Below are positions 13,261-26,819 of a DNA stretch of 64,000 bases, piece by piece. The stretch's first letter is position 1. Every line of letters begins with the position of its first letter. Origin of the DNA: Camelus ferus (Eukaryota). The notes under the pieces were generated by a model that searched no databases, was not told where the DNA came from, and saw only the letters and a list, made by a program, of their open reading frames with translations. The DNA is taken from contig NC_045696.1 of NCBI RefSeq assembly GCF_009834535.1, forward strand, positions 95,110,001 to 95,174,000. The letters run 5' to 3'. Made by a program: the position numbers and the translations under genes.

Positions 13261-14729
13261 GATATCTTAATAAAACAGTTTCAAAAACAAAAAATAATTT
13301 TAAAAAATTGAATCACTATCTGAGATCCAGGTGCTATGGAACATTTTGCATGGGATCGCAGATCCCCCTGGAGTGTCACGATGTAGTCCTACTTTTGTCA
13401 TGTATTCTTTCTCTGACTTCACCTCCCTCCATCTATATAGTGGGAGAGCGATGATGAAACAGAAGAAATCGAGGAGAGTTGCTCTTCTATCAAATTTTAC
13501 TGGGAATATTTGTCTAGATCTTGTGAAAAACTATAAGAACTTCTAACTCAGAATGTTACTAAGCCTGAAAGGAAGACCTGAGCATCTAGCCTACTTATTA
13601 TGCAAATCAAAATTACCTACATGATTACTATTTAATGATTCTACAAGATGTACAGAAAATTTACTTAAAAATATACACATGAAAAAAGATCAGATTTTAA
13701 AAATCAGTAATCCCAGTCATTAGTTTCTCAAAGGAAAAAAATGCAGTAATATTTCTTAGAGCAGCATTAGATAGGTCTTAGGTAATTAAGTTATACCTTG
13801 CAAAATATTGCCTCCAGATGGTAAATTAACTCTGCTTTGGTAATTAATATTTTAAGAAATTACTCACCTTGGAGTTCGAAGACTGTAGGCTTTAAGCAGA
13901 TTTTAAACTTAAACTACCCCTTAAATTCTTTTACCAGGATTACTAATATTCCCTACAGAACTATTTATTTTTGAACTTGTTCATTTTCATTACTTAATGT
14001 ACTGTTGGGAATACTTTATCTTGGGCCATGTCTAGACATCCAGATGGTTTGGATAAATGCATTTGAAAAAGAGACTGAGTTCAGGGAAATGGCTATGTTT
14101 TTTTTTAAACTTAAGTACATTTTCTCTCTAAAAAATGCCACAAAATCATATTGATTGAATTATTCACCTTTCAACTGGTTATTTTGGCAGCAAGTCGATC
14201 AGAAACTTCATGTCCATGATGGGAGTTTAATACTTAGCACAGAGATATATTACAAAGGCATGCTTCCCTGTTGGGGCAGGGAGGGTTCTGGGTGATGGAA
14301 AAGAGGCTTGTTTTTAATGACCACCAAGTTGAATACTGCCAAATAAATATGTCCATCATTTTCACAAGCAAAATCATATTTGAAATCTAAGCAGCATTTT
14401 ATTTCTAAAGGGAAATAGATGTGGCGGAGGAGGCCAACTAAGAAATTCCTCTTTGAACTGTACAATGAAAACTGTCTCTAAATCAGGGCAAATAATAAAC
14501 ACGTTGACCAGAGGTGCAGCTTTCTCAGGTGGCAGAAAGTAACTTTTTATTTGCTGCAGCCAAAAGAAAAAGGCTAGAACATGACAAGACTCACTGCACA
14601 CCTCTTGGCAGATACAGAAATGATTATCTCTTGTTTACTCCATCAGACTTATCCTGGATTCTAAATTGAAGAAGGGTGTGCATTACTCACTCATCCTGGT
14701 TTTAGAACCCGAGATCATTACCGTTCCTG

Positions 14730-14800
14730 TATTCATTCATTTATTCAACAAATGTGGGGGAAAATATTTAAGCATCTACTATGTGGCAGTTCTAAAAGAC
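14730..14800 (-). mobile_element. L2 3' tail fragment
   Basis: attcattcatttattcaacaaat...tttaagcatctactatgtggcag. Confidence 0.6.
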
Positions 14801-15105
14801 GTGAACAACATATAGAAGACTTACATAATTTTCAGAGTAATTCTATGACATAGAAACCAGGAACCAGTGACTTTATGTAATTTATCCAAAGCTCCACACT
14901 CTCCCAAGTGGAAGATTCTGGACAGAACATTTCCCTCAGACACAGTAAGGACGTTTGTTTACTTTGCTGACTTATTTCTTTTGAAATAGTCTTTTAATTT
15001 CAATTATAACATATTTTATCTTTTTTTAAAAGACTAAAAATAGCTCAATATTCAACAACCAGATTTAAGAGAAGTTAACAATTTGCAGCGTTTGCTTCAG
15101 GTCTT

Positions 15106-15106
<1 letters not shown>

Positions 15107-15188
<82 letters not shown>

Positions 15189-15190
15189 AA
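15107..15190. repeat. Perfect (GAAA)21 tetranucleotide microsatellite
   Basis: 84 bp uninterrupted. Confidence 0.97.
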
Positions 15191-15209
15191 TTATTACAGA
15201 TCCAGCTAT

Positions 15210-16290
15210 AGCTCTAACTCTGTTCTTTCCCTGTCCTGATTTCTTAGAAGCAGACACTGCCCTGAAGACATGTTATATCATTCCCATTCATGTTATGTTA
15301 GCCGGTGCCTATGTATTTATACATTGTAATGTTGTTTTATGTATTTAAATTTACATCAATGGTATCCCTTTATGACTCTACAACTTCCTTTTTCATTTGT
15401 TATGATATCTGTCAGACAATCCATTTTGATATATGAATGTGATTCTTTCTTTAACAAATAAGTTACATTAATATGTACTTTTAAATTTCCAAGTGTCTAT
15501 ATTTTTGCTAATGATTTCTAATTTTATTGTTATTTACTTTTAAATCTGTTGAGCATTTCTTGTGGCCAAAGCATGTTCATTTTTAAAAAGTTTTCCTGTG
15601 CTTGAAAAGAACATGTCTAATTGTTTTATGCACATTCCATGTATGGCTTTTACATCAAGTTTATAAATTTTTTTTAATCCTCTATATTTATGCTAATTTT
15701 TGTTTGCTTGAGCAACAAATTTTTTTAAATTACATTAAGTGGAATTACAAATCTTTCTCTATGGTTGCATATCTATAAGTTTCTACTTATTTGTTTGCTT
15801 TTTATATATATTAATATGTGTTTGGGGGATTATATATTACCTAAGTCACAGTGTCTTCCTTTTGTCATGTTATGCCCTGTTCTCCATAATAATATATTAA
15901 CTTAAAATCTGTTTTGTTTGATAATTTTCTTTCTGAACACTGTTATTACTATGTCACTTTTAAACAGGTATATAGCTGAATTTATAAACTGAAACTTTGT
16001 CTTTTACCTGTGATTTCTTCTCTTTGTATTTATTGTAGTTCCTCATGGTAGATGTATTACTATCATCTTATCATGTACTGTTAACAGTGCTTTTTCTTTT
16101 CTAATCATTTTTTTTCCTTTTCCCTCTATTCTATTAGATTGATGAATGTCCTCAATTCTGTTTTTAAAGATTTTTAAAACATGCATATTTGACAAGCTCT
16201 AAATTAAATCAACAGTTCTATGCATCTACTGAATAACAATGAGTACTTTTAATTGCTTTAATTCTGATGATTCCCTTTTCCATTGTTCAT
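15210..16290 (-). mobile_element. Highly decayed L1ME-type fragments
   Basis: T-rich antisense L1 text (ttaaatctgttgagcatttcttgtggcc; gtgcttgaaaagaacatgt). Confidence 0.55.
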
Positions 16291-17052
16291 ATTGACCATG
16301 TACCATCATGTGGACTGTGAGTTTCTTATTTGGGTTCCATAAAAAATAGTATCTTACAATAAATTCTACTCTTTGATTAAACTAGTTTGAGTAGTAGAAT
16401 ATATGGCACTTTGAATCAAATTAGTGTTGTCTCATTTAAAAGCTAAAACAGAGAGTAAAAGAAACTGAAATCAAGAAATAAGATGAATCAAAATAATACT
16501 TTGATGCTTTGCACAATTCCTGGGTATGTTTTAAAATTTAACGCTAACATTTCTTAGAAAAGGGGTTAGAATAAAGAGGAAAGCAAGATTATTTTAAATA
16601 TATAGCAATGTCCACAGCAAAAATACATCAGTTGCTCAGAAAGAAAAATGCAGGTTCTCCAGTTACTAATACCTGGAAGAAACTTTCCTATAGCTAACCA
16701 TAAAGCAACTGCCATGTGATATGGTAAACTTTAAAATCGACAACATCCCTATAAATCTCTCTTGAGTTGTTACTTTGATTATCCTTGTGTGAACTTAATG
16801 TGGTTCATGTATTAATTTTTATATTTATATATTTTGAGGTTAATAAACAGCATTGGAAGCTTTGAGTTATGTCAATAACATCAGAAATAATTAGGACATA
16901 CTCCTCAATAAAAGAAAGCCAAGTTTTATTTTTTTCAGAAATAATTTTCTGCCCATACCTGTAGGTAGACAAATGTGTGATTAGGGTTTCTAACTTCTAT
17001 TCCATTGAGCAATGTTTCACAGCACTTAAAAATGCAGGAATTTCTCTTTAAT

Positions 17053-17112
17053 ATCTATCTACCTATCTATCTATCTATTGACAAATCTTTCTATCTATCT
17101 ACCTAGCATCTA
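17053..17112. repeat. Imperfect (TCTA)n
   Basis: Direct reading. Confidence 0.75.
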
Positions 17113-17199
17113 TTTATATATGGCAGAAAACTATATGGAGAAAAAATAGATAATTTTAAAATTTAAAAATATTAAAATAATTTTAAATTCTAATAAAAA

Positions 17200-17650
17200 T
17201 ATTAGAATCTGTGTCAAAAGGCTAAAACAATGTTAGGAGGAAAATTTATAGCTTTAAGCAATATTAATACATCTGAGGAAAGAATGAGATTAATTTAGTT
17301 ACAACTTTAATATTATTAAAATTTGTTTCCACAACAGAAAAGGGATGAAAACTTTTAGAATCTTTGCTAAAGGCCATTGGGACATTTGTTTCAAACACCC
17401 TCCCCCAAAAATAGTACTAAAAGTGGAAAAGTACAGACCAATCTTAAATACTAAGTCAAATGTATCACATAATGCATTAGCTTATTAAAAATAATACACA
17501 TTACATTCATTCTAGGAGTGCAAAGGTAATTTATTTCTAAGAAATCTATTACTATAACTCTTACTAGAGAAAAAGAGAGAAACAACATCCAAAGATACTG
17601 AAAATTGCCGAAATTCAGTCTGTTTTGAAGAAAACTGTTGAATATAGGAT
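17200..17650 (+). mobile_element. Decayed L1 ORF2 fragments
   Basis: aggaggaaaatttatagctttaa; aaaagtacagaccaatct; ttcattctaggagtgcaaagg (GFIPGMQGW-like). Confidence 0.55.
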
Positions 17651-17932
17651 ATGGAGGTAGAGGTATCTTATATGCATATATTCCTAGGAACATACATATA
17701 TACATACAGAGAAAAAAACATAAACATCACTCTCCCACAATTGCCAACAGAAAAGTAGGTGCTTCTCAATCTGAAATGAGAAATTGTGGTGTTCAGGTGC
17801 CCAAATACAATTAACAACGTTGCCATATAGAGTAAAAATTATCAAAAATTACCAAAATATAACTAGAGCCAAATAGATAATAAGAACCTGGCAGAGAGAA
17901 CATAAAGGGAAAAACAAATCCAATTTAACTTG

Positions 17933-18285
17933 TGTTATGGACTGAATGTTTGTGTTCCCCCAAAATTTGTATGTTGAAATCCTAATCCCCGGTATGATGG
18001 CATTAGGAGGTGAGCCTTTGGATGGGAATTAGGTTTAGATGAGGCCAGGGTGGAGCCCCCATGATGTGAGTACTGCCTTTGTGAGAACTGGCCAGAGAAC
18101 TCACTCCTTCTCTGTCTCTGCCATGTGCAGATGCAGTGAGAAAAAGACAGGAAGAAAGACTTCATCCAGAACCCAGTCTGCAGGTATCTTGATCTTGGAC
18201 TTCCCAGCCTCCAGAACTGCGAGAAATAAATGTTGTTGTTTAAGCCCCCCAGTCTGTGATAATTTGTTAGAGCAGGGAAGGGAAC
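17933..18285 (+). mobile_element. MaLR solo LTR (MLT1A-like)
   Basis: Starts tgttatggactgaatgtttgtgttcccccaaaatt; contains ttgatcttggacttcccagcctccagaactgcgagaaataaatg. Confidence 0.9.
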
Positions 18286-18735
18286 CAAATCAGAAATGAA
18301 GTCAAAGATTCTGACCATAGATGCCAAAGAACTCAAAGTCTTGATGACAGTGTCCCTTTTGCTAAGCAGTCCAGATACCCAACCCAGACCAGTTGGCAGA
18401 GTCCTGGGTGGTCAGTCCACCAGATCACCCTCATATTTGCCAACCCGGAGAGGAAAAAACTATAAATTACTTATGAAAAAAATGAGTTTTTAAACCCCAG
18501 TGTCTTTCAGATATGGAAAGCTTATGACTTCCTGAGCAAATGCTTCAAATACCTTTTGATCAATTGGCATCATTAGGTTTTAATTTTCTCTAATCAAGGA
18601 TGAGATCTCTCCTACACATTTATTTATTCTGATAAAAGTTGTCTTTTCCATTTTTAAAATATGCCTTCCATTCATCGGGAACAGACAAGAGACTGTGAAA
18701 TATTTGCTGAATTTTTTGTTCTGACCCTAAAATAC

Positions 18736-19180
18736 TGTACTAGTCAGAGTTATTAACACTAATTGCCAAAAAAATTTAACATCCTGATGACTTATAGTAA
18801 AAATTTCTCTTTTATGTCACAATCATGGTTCATAATAATCAGGTAGTCTTTCTCCTTATTATGGATATTATATTATATTTTATATATAGTATATCTATAT
18901 AAGATATAATTATGAATTATATAGAATATATGATATGAGAGGATGATATGGTATGCTGTTAGCCTTATTATACCATTGGGAACACAAAGTCCCTGTGACA
19001 GGGAGGAGAAAAATGTTGGAGCCACACTGGCTGTTAATTTTCTTTGTCTGGAAGAATATGTCACTTCTTACAGTCCATTCACTAAAGAACTGGTCACAGG
19101 GACCCACCCCACAGAAAGAGCAGGTGGGAAACATTGAGGAGAAAATGGGTATTTGATGAACACTAATGGCCTCTCCTACA
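18736..19180 (-). mobile_element. Old MaLR LTR (MLT1J/L-like) with internal AT-rich expansion
   Basis: tgtactagtcag start; ggaagaatatgtcacttcttacagtccattcactaaagaactggtcac; ends ctctcctaca. Confidence 0.6.
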
Positions 19181-20182
19181 GACATAGTCTTGGCTTAAAA
19201 GATAAAACAATAAATTGGAAAACCTTTCCAGCTTGCTCTGTATCAGATAAATTATCCTCAGAAATCAGTGTTGACTTATGGGAGGTAAATGTCAATGTCT
19301 TCATCTTGTGAGCATTTGTGTTTAAATACACTCAAGTTTATACCTTTTAAAAAAATTAAAATCTCTCTTTCCAACCATGTAATTCTCCTGTATTGCTCCA
19401 CCTAAGCCAGTGGGACATAACTAGCTAAGACTAATTATAGCAACATATAGTCTAATTATAGACTAACTTACAAGGACTAATAGGAAGGCTTGGCTATTAT
19501 GTGAGCTATCAGTTGTGCATGCTTTCAATATATCCACTTTATAAATAAATAAACCAAGGCTTATATTATAAGATTAATTGAAAACCCAGTTATGGTTATA
19601 GAACCAAAACATGGAGGTCTTTTGACTCTAAATCCTAGTCTTGGACCATCAACATAGCATAGGAGGTAAATGATCTCTCAAATTTCCCCCCTTCACTTGG
19701 GTTCCCCTCGGAGTTCGGCAGGAGAGAAGGAGCAGCCTCACCCTGGGTGCTTCCTGCCGCACCTGGCCCTGCCCTCAGGGCCCCACAGCCAGGACTAGCT
19801 TTCTTCTCTGAATATTTATAATACTTCTCTGAATCAAGATTTTCCAAAGATCACTGATGTCAGTAAGGTGAACAGAAACATAATATAGTCAGTCATCTTA
19901 AAGAGTAACTTTCACTGTAACTGAAAAAAAAATGACTTGACATTCTTACACAGTGGAATTTGGCAATATGACAGAGCAATAATTTGAGAAACCTACGTAT
20001 TCCACTAGGTAGGTGACTATCTGTGCTGTCTCTCTAGAGGGCATCTCCTGAATATTAATGATTCTCACATCCCCATTAAACCGTTATACTGACTGATTAC
20101 CTAACTTTGACATTGTGATAACTCATCTTCAATTATCCAATAAACATCAGTTTTAACTAAACTTTTTAAATATAATTCCCAA

Positions 20183-20327
20183 ACTATAGCCAATACCTTG
20201 TAATAGCCTAAACTGAAAAAGAATATGAAAAGGAATATATATATACATACATATAACTGAATCACTATGCTGTACACATAATTAACACAACATTGTAAAC
20301 CAACTACACCTCAAAAAATTTTTTTAA
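20183..20327 (+). mobile_element. Short 5'-truncated cetartiodactyl L1 3' end with 17-bp TSD
   Basis: aaaagaatatgaaaaggaatatat...ataactgaatcactatgctgtacac...acaacattgtaaaccaactacacctc. TSD ttaaata(t/c)aattcccaa at 20166-20182 and 20328-20344. Confidence 0.85.
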
Positions 20328-20428
20328 TTAAATACAATTCCCAAGAGAAAGTAAAATTGATGGAATATTTAAACACATAAACAAAAAATAATTACAAAGC
20401 CACTATCAAGTATTCAGATTTTATTTCA

Positions 20429-20476
20429 TAGTAAACTCAAAGTGTAGTAAACTCAAAATGTAGTAAACTCAAAGCA
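20429..20476. repeat. 3 x 16-bp tandem repeat
   Basis: tagtaaactcaaagtg / tagtaaactcaaaatg / tagtaaactcaaagca. Confidence 0.9.
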
Positions 20477-20805
20477 TATATAGTAGATTTTTCCAATGTA
20501 ATTTAAAAACCTATTTAAAGCCATAAAAATAATTTTCTCATGTTATATTATGCTTTTGTTATAATAGAAGTAGCACCATGGAAATGTTTATCAGAACTGT
20601 TTAGCATCAGGTATTAAAATGAGGCATAAAGTTTTAACAAGTTCGATAATTATATAAAAGTGCATTGCTGATATTAATTATGTTTTCATATTTATCATTA
20701 CCAATTTTTTTGTTTTAATGTCATTTGCATATTAAACTGATACCATTTTTCTGTACTGCAATGTGCTGTAAAAGTTGCAGAGGCCTGTTAAGAAAATGAA
20801 ACCCT

Positions 20806-20840
20806 ATTGCAGTTTGCATTGACACCACTAGGTGGCAATA
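20806..20840 (+). promoter_or_regulatory. CTCF binding site: core plus upstream motif
   Basis: Core acaCCACTAGGTGGCAata matches CCACYAGRKGGCR, with ttTGCAGttt upstream; lies in non-repeat sequence. Confidence 0.7.
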
Positions 20841-21849
20841 GTTGTTTCTCTGTAATTCACCAAAGAATTTATAGTTAAACATTTTTATTTCTGTGCTGTA
20901 CAAAGGGGATGCACCAGTTCACTTCAAAAGTCCTTCTGTCTTCATGGTAGTCTACAAAAAGGGAAATGAAGGTGTTAAATAGTTGATCCAAAATAAGACC
21001 GACTGTATTAGGGTTTTTAGAGACTCCAAATCACTGAAAACATTATGGTACACTTGATTTTCTCCTTTATGTGTGTACATATACAGTTAAATAAAATGTA
21101 CCTGTACATAGATAGTAAATCTTTTTTTTTCTAGATTTGTTTTCAAAATTCTGAATCAATTCTTTGAAGCTAAGTCAACCTCAATCTCAATCTGTTTCTC
21201 CCCGTCTCTCTCTTGCTCGCACTCTCCCGTATTTATCAGTCTATTCATTGGTTTGTGTGTTTAGCGCCCCTCTTTGTTCATGCCCAGAGCACATGCTCAG
21301 TCAGGTAACTGGTTAACACTGCTCAGTTCAAAGATACATGCTATGTGAGAACAATGCAAGCTTATAAGTCAAACATTAAGCCATAGTTTTAAAATTTTTT
21401 TGATGGTTAATGCTAATTTTTCACTAACAGGTTATTTTTTCTCAAGGCAAAGTGCACATGCATACACACACAGAATTTATGAACTCCTTTTAAAATAGAA
21501 ATTGCAAGAAAATTTTTATAGTTTTCTATTATAGTTAGAAACAGTTTATTTAGATTCACTGTATCAGAAACCCAAGCACACTTACTGTATTCAGTATAGA
21601 ACAGAATTACTAACATTACTAATTAGTATTAATAATTACTAATAACATAAGAAGCTCTTTATTTGCTGTAAAGAAAATGTATGATCTCAGGCTGTAGTGG
21701 AAGCTTGAGTTCTTGTTCTGGAGGATGGAGACCGTGTTAATTCTTGTTCCCACTGAATTTCCTTTGATTCACACCATGTCTGCACAGAGCTGGCCCTCAA
21801 TAAATGTTTGTGGACAAGCTAAGTGGGAATTTTGCAGGCTGTTAGTTTT

Positions 21850-22060
21850 GGTAACAGTGTAGAAATGAGGGTATATAGTCTTTGAACTTGAATGGGGCTA
21901 GATTTGAAACCCTAGCTCTGAGACTTATTAGCTGTGGGTATTGAACAATAAATCAACATTAATTAATTTTTAACATTTTAATATTTATGTATTATTAACA
22001 TTAATTGAGCTTCAATTTCCTCATAGGAAATATTGGAGGAAATAATGAGTGTAGGGCCCC
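21850..22060 (+). mobile_element. MIR SINE
   Basis: gatttgaaaccctagctctgagacttattagctgtg...gagcttcaatttcctcat. Confidence 0.7.
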
Positions 22061-22439
22061 TGAGATAATGGACAGTCAGCTGGCAACTGTTACTATTTCT
22101 CACTCACAATTACCATAATTTGTTAATCTGAACCCCGATAAAAGGAATTTCTATAGATAACCAGCTATTTTTTTACCCTGAAAAATAGTATACTAGGACC
22201 CTTCAGCAGTATTGTATCTCCTATGTAAATTCATAGCATCTCTTAATTCTAATTCAACAAATCCAAATTTAAAGACATGTTTTCCCACTGTGGAAAGATC
22301 AAATTGCAGTAGGGAAAACTTGGGGGTGAAAAACCGATAACACACCAGAATTTACATTCATATTATGCTTCAGTGCATCTACAACCCAACTGAAATACAG
22401 CCTTCCTCACCTCTCACCCTTATAGTAACCAGTAAATAG

Positions 22440-22960
22440 TGTGGCAGGCAGAATTCTGAGCTGGCTCCCAAGACTTCCATCCCCTGATGTATAGCCCAGT
22501 ATGGTGTCCACTCTGTTTGTGTGGGCCATATGAAGGGTAGCCAGTCCTTTGTTTGGATTAAGTTCTGCAAGACTCCATTGTGACAGCTGGGGAGAGCTAT
22601 TCCAAGCAGCAACAGATGCTTTCTTGCTGGCTTTGAAGAAACAAACTGCCATCTTGTGGGGAGAGCCACATGGCAGGGAATGGTGGGCAGCCTTAAGGAA
22701 CTGAGGACCTCAGTCTCACAATCACGAGGAAATGCATTCTGCCAACAACCAGGGAACTTGGAAGAGGATCCCTCTGAGCCTCAGATGAGATGGCAGCTCC
22801 AACAGACAGTTTGATGTCAACCCAGTGAAAATCTGAGCAGAAGTCCCTGCTCACCTCTACCTAAGCTTCTATAGCAAAGAAACTGTGAGATAATACATTT
22901 GTATTGTTTTAAGCCACTTAATAATGGGAATTTGGCATGCAGCCATAGTAAATGGGTGCA
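22440..22960 (+). mobile_element. MaLR solo LTR (MLT1E-like)
   Basis: tgtggcaggcagaattctgagctggctcccaagac; gctggctttgaagaa; ggaaatgcattctgccaacaacc; gaaactgtgagataata...ttttaagccac; ends gca. Confidence 0.9.
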
Positions 22961-23609
22961 GATATCTAAAAAATGTCAAGATTATTGAAAAACCTACCTA
23001 GATCTTCAGAGTAATGATAGGAAATATCTGAGGATATTGGCATGCCTAATCTAGGGCAAAATAAATATAATTAACAAATAATTAACAATTGTTTAACTAA
23101 AGCCAAGTAACAATTTTTAACTAAAGCCTAATCGTAAAACAACAACAACAATTAAAAAGCCTACAATTAAATCTGACCCATTGGTCTCCAAATCTGGCGA
23201 CTAGTTATGGAAAGTCGCAGTATATTCTCCACCAAGGAGAGGTAGTCATGTGCTTAAAAATCACTCCACTCCCTGTGTTCAGAAGATGTGCTTTGCAAGC
23301 TGCACATTCTGTTAGAATTTGGCTTCAAATGTCAATCAGTCTTCCAGGAAGAAATTGTGGTGATCAGTGAAGTCTGGTATTTTGGTCTATTTGGTAATTT
23401 GTCATATTTCTTACTGTAATAGACTAAATAAGAATTCTCTGGAAGCCAAGTCTCTGTTACCTCATAGTACTGAAAGATTTCAATCACTTGCAACTTCAAA
23501 GGAAGTATCAGTATGATGTTATAAACAAAGTGCGTGTTTTATTTTCATGTCCAGAGGATACACTTCCCAACACTATGTCTTGAGTATTGGGAAATGCTCA
23601 ATAAATAAA

Positions 23610-23730
23610 TGGAAGGGGAAACCAAGGCATGGAGAGATAAAAGAACTTGCCCAAACTCATAAAGCTAAAGAATCATGGAACCAGGAGTCAAACCTAAACA
23701 AACATACGCTTGCTACATTATGCACTCTAC
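23610..23730 (-). mobile_element. MIR fragment
   Basis: ggaaaccaaggcatggagagataaaagaacttgcccaaactcat. Confidence 0.6.
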
Positions 23731-25559
23731 ATGCTAGATATTGCTTAAATGTATGATAAATAATGTGTAATCAATAACTAAATGTGGTATCCTGGCTAAT
23801 GAAGGAATATGTTTATTTTTCAATAACCAGGTTTATAAAGTTGAAATAATACATTCATGTATGTTATACTCCATCTCCAGATCCCCCAAACTCACTTGCA
23901 TTTTCCTTCAGACAATTATACGTTTTTACATATTCCTGTATGAATATTCTATGCAGATTTTTTTTTTTACACAAATGGGGCATTTACACACTTTCTGGAT
24001 CTTGAGGTTTTTTTTTCACTTAACAATGTATCTTGGAGATCATTTCCTATTAGCATGATAGAGCTGGATTTGTCTATTTTTATTTGGGAACTTGTTAACT
24101 TTACCACCATGAAAACCAGCAGAATTCTCAGAAGTAGCAGTAGCTTCTTTTATAAGACTGCCAAGGAAAGCAAGAGAGGAGAAAAAGCATTTTCTCCCTT
24201 ACCCACTGTATGATCCGAAATTTTTATTTTACAGACAGAAAAAAAAAAAAAAAAATGAGGCCAGGCAAGCCAAGAGACTAGGCAGAAGTTTCCTATTTCT
24301 TGTGTTAAAATTATCTCTGAGGGTTAGTATCATAATTTTCAGTTTCAAAGGCTTCCCTTTGTTTTAACATTTTTCATTTTTGTCCCTCACTATGGCACTA
24401 AAAAGAAGGCACATTCCAGTTAGTCACCAGAAGAGTAAATGACAAAAATCTCCTCTATATCTATTTGGCAACAAATCAAGAGTTGGATGGCACGCTCATT
24501 TTCTGGAAATCTTAAACACATTGTATTATTTTCTATCCAATAATTGTGTATGTGTGTGTATGTATAATTCTACATCCAGTAATTTGAATAACCAAGGCAC
24601 TTGGGGATCAAGCTTGACTTTATCTGTGTTTTACTGGCTCTTGTTCATTGTGACCTTATTCCTTATATGTTTTGTAATTTCTGATTGTGGACTCATGAAT
24701 GACTAGGCTTTATAAGTGGGAATTCAATGAGATCTCTGATAACTGAGCATCTCTCCTGAGAGTATTTGCTTTTACTTCTACCAGCTGTCTGGGTTGCTAC
24801 CAATATGGAACAACATACAGTTTCTCATCTAGTTCGAGTTCCCTGGACCATGCAGGCAAGTGAAAAATGAATCCTAATCTCCCACATTGCTTCTACCTAG
24901 ATGAATAAGACTGATGAATTTCTTTATCATTTCTCTTTGCTGGTAAGTACATTTTACAAGTCGATCATGTAATGAGAATGTAATCTTTTCATGGCTGTCA
25001 AGTTTATATGGGCCTCAGTTCCAAATCCCTGTTTTGAGTGCCCTAAGACTTAATTTTCTGTCCTGTGCATAGCTGCAAAAAGCCAAAGCTGTGAGACATA
25101 GAGATTGGAAGATACACACAGCAGGGATGTTCTCAAGTGTTAATGGCATCCTACTTTCTTTCTTATTCCCTAGTCTTGTTCTTCTCTGTTTTATGAGCCA
25201 AGCTTTGCACTGAAAAACAAGTTTATTATATTTTACACAACATATCTAAGGGGTTTTAGAGTAGAAAAAATTTTAATTAAACTTCAATAAAAATAATAAA
25301 TAATTTTAAAAGAGGTGAAAAGTTGAAAAAATATAGTTATATCGCATGGCTAGAAACAAGATTCAGAGAGCTGCTTTTTTTGTGAATCTGCTGAACTCTG
25401 GGCATTAGGCGGACCTCTGAGCATATCATCTTATTGTCTTCCTTGAAAGAGGAAAAAATGATAAATAATAAATATTGTGCACTAGGCAAAAATGGAGGAA
25501 TAAGAAAAATGAGGGCGTTCAGGGGATTAAAAAAGAATCATATGTACAGTACAGAGTAA

Positions 25560-25745
25560 AAATTAAGATTTAAAGTCAGAAGTTTGCCTAAGTTGGTATC
25601 CTGGCTTCACCATGGCCTTCAGACCTTGGACAAAACATTTAACTTTTGAGTGGGGACAGTAGAACTTCATCTACAGAGTTATTTTAAGAACTAAATAGAA
25701 AAATGTATGGAAGATTATCTGAATACCAGCTACTCACTTATATTT
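25560..25745 (+). mobile_element. MIR fragment
   Basis: atcctggcttcacca...gaccttggacaaaacatttaac...ctacagagttattttaagaactaaatag. Confidence 0.55.
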
Positions 25746-26325
25746 ACTGCATTAAGTAGTTGTCCAGGTGTGCACACTCTGTGATGAGTCAGAGGGTTTC
25801 GGGACCGATCATAACCGGGGGTGGCAGTGTTAAGTGGTCCTTTGACAGGGTGCACGACGGGGAGGTCCTTCCAGAGACAACAGGGTGGGGCTATCACTCA
25901 GAAGGGAAGAGGGCTAGGTAACCCTAGGAATAATGGGATCAGAGACTTCCGTGTCTCGATGATGTCACTTAGCCCCAAAGTGGGTCAGAGAGTTCCAAGG
26001 GGCAACTAGTGTTTTTGTTCTTCTATAGCCCCAGGGTTTGTCTTATCTATAACTAGCAGATAGATAAATGCAGTCTTACAAGGGTGTACAAGACAGCCAG
26101 TCTCTAAATAGCTGTAAATATGCTTCCTTGTGCCATATTTAAAGCAATTGGATGTGTAAGAACTGGAGTTGGGTGCTGGCAAGATTTGAGCTAACGATCC
26201 TTGCCTGCTGTGAAGAGGCAAACAACGTTAAGAGGCAATATACAGGGGCCATCTTAGCTCATTTATATAACACACACGGATGGATTTACACACACATCCA
26301 CGAAGCAAATTGTCATCCTAATATC

Positions 26326-26740
26326 CTGTACTGGTCAATTTACCTTTGTTGCCTGGATTTATTCTCTACCCTTCTCTGCCATCCTTTGTCCCCAGGAAGA
26401 TGAGCACTAAGAAGAGTGCGCCCCAGGCTCCCTTGTTCCCTGGTTTCTATTTGGCACTAGCAGGAGATTATGAGTGGGAGGATAGAAAGGTGGGGATGTG
26501 ACTTATTTTTGCTATTGCCCCCCTGTTTCTGGCATGAGCTGCTTTCTACAGTTGTCCCTGCGTTAGCTTCATGATGGCTCCGCCCCCTTTACCCCTTCGA
26601 CCCGACCTAGCACTGGTTCTGGTACCCTGCTCTTGCTAGTTGCTCAGTGCCTCACTCTCCTCTGTTGAATCCCTTAAGTCCTCACTTCTCCACATGTGGT
26701 CCTTTCATCTCACAGCTAGAATTGTTATCAAATCAGGTCA
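26326..26740 (+). mobile_element. ERVL solo LTR (LTR33-like)
   Basis: ttctctacccttctctgcc...tgtccccaggaagatgagc...ggctcccttgttccctggtttcta...gcaggagattatgagtgggagga. Confidence 0.65.
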
Positions 26741-26819
26741 AATAATATCTCCGCTGACGGAGGGCAAGTTTCTTTCTGTTTAAGCATTGCAAGCCATGTG
26801 TATGGATTTAAGATTTTAA

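Noticed and set aside
13869..13883. 15-nt minus-strand microexon (cag|...|gtgagta)
   Set aside because: No polypyrimidine tract and no host gene evidence.
15075..15257. ORF with repeated FLSF
   Set aside because: Translation of the (GAAA)21 repeat.
20000..20016. Second CTCF site (tccactaggtaggtg)
   Set aside because: Lacks the GGC/GGG 3' half of the core motif.
20429..20476. CRISPR-like array
   Set aside because: Head-to-tail 16-mers with no spacers, in a mammalian genome; an ordinary minisatellite.
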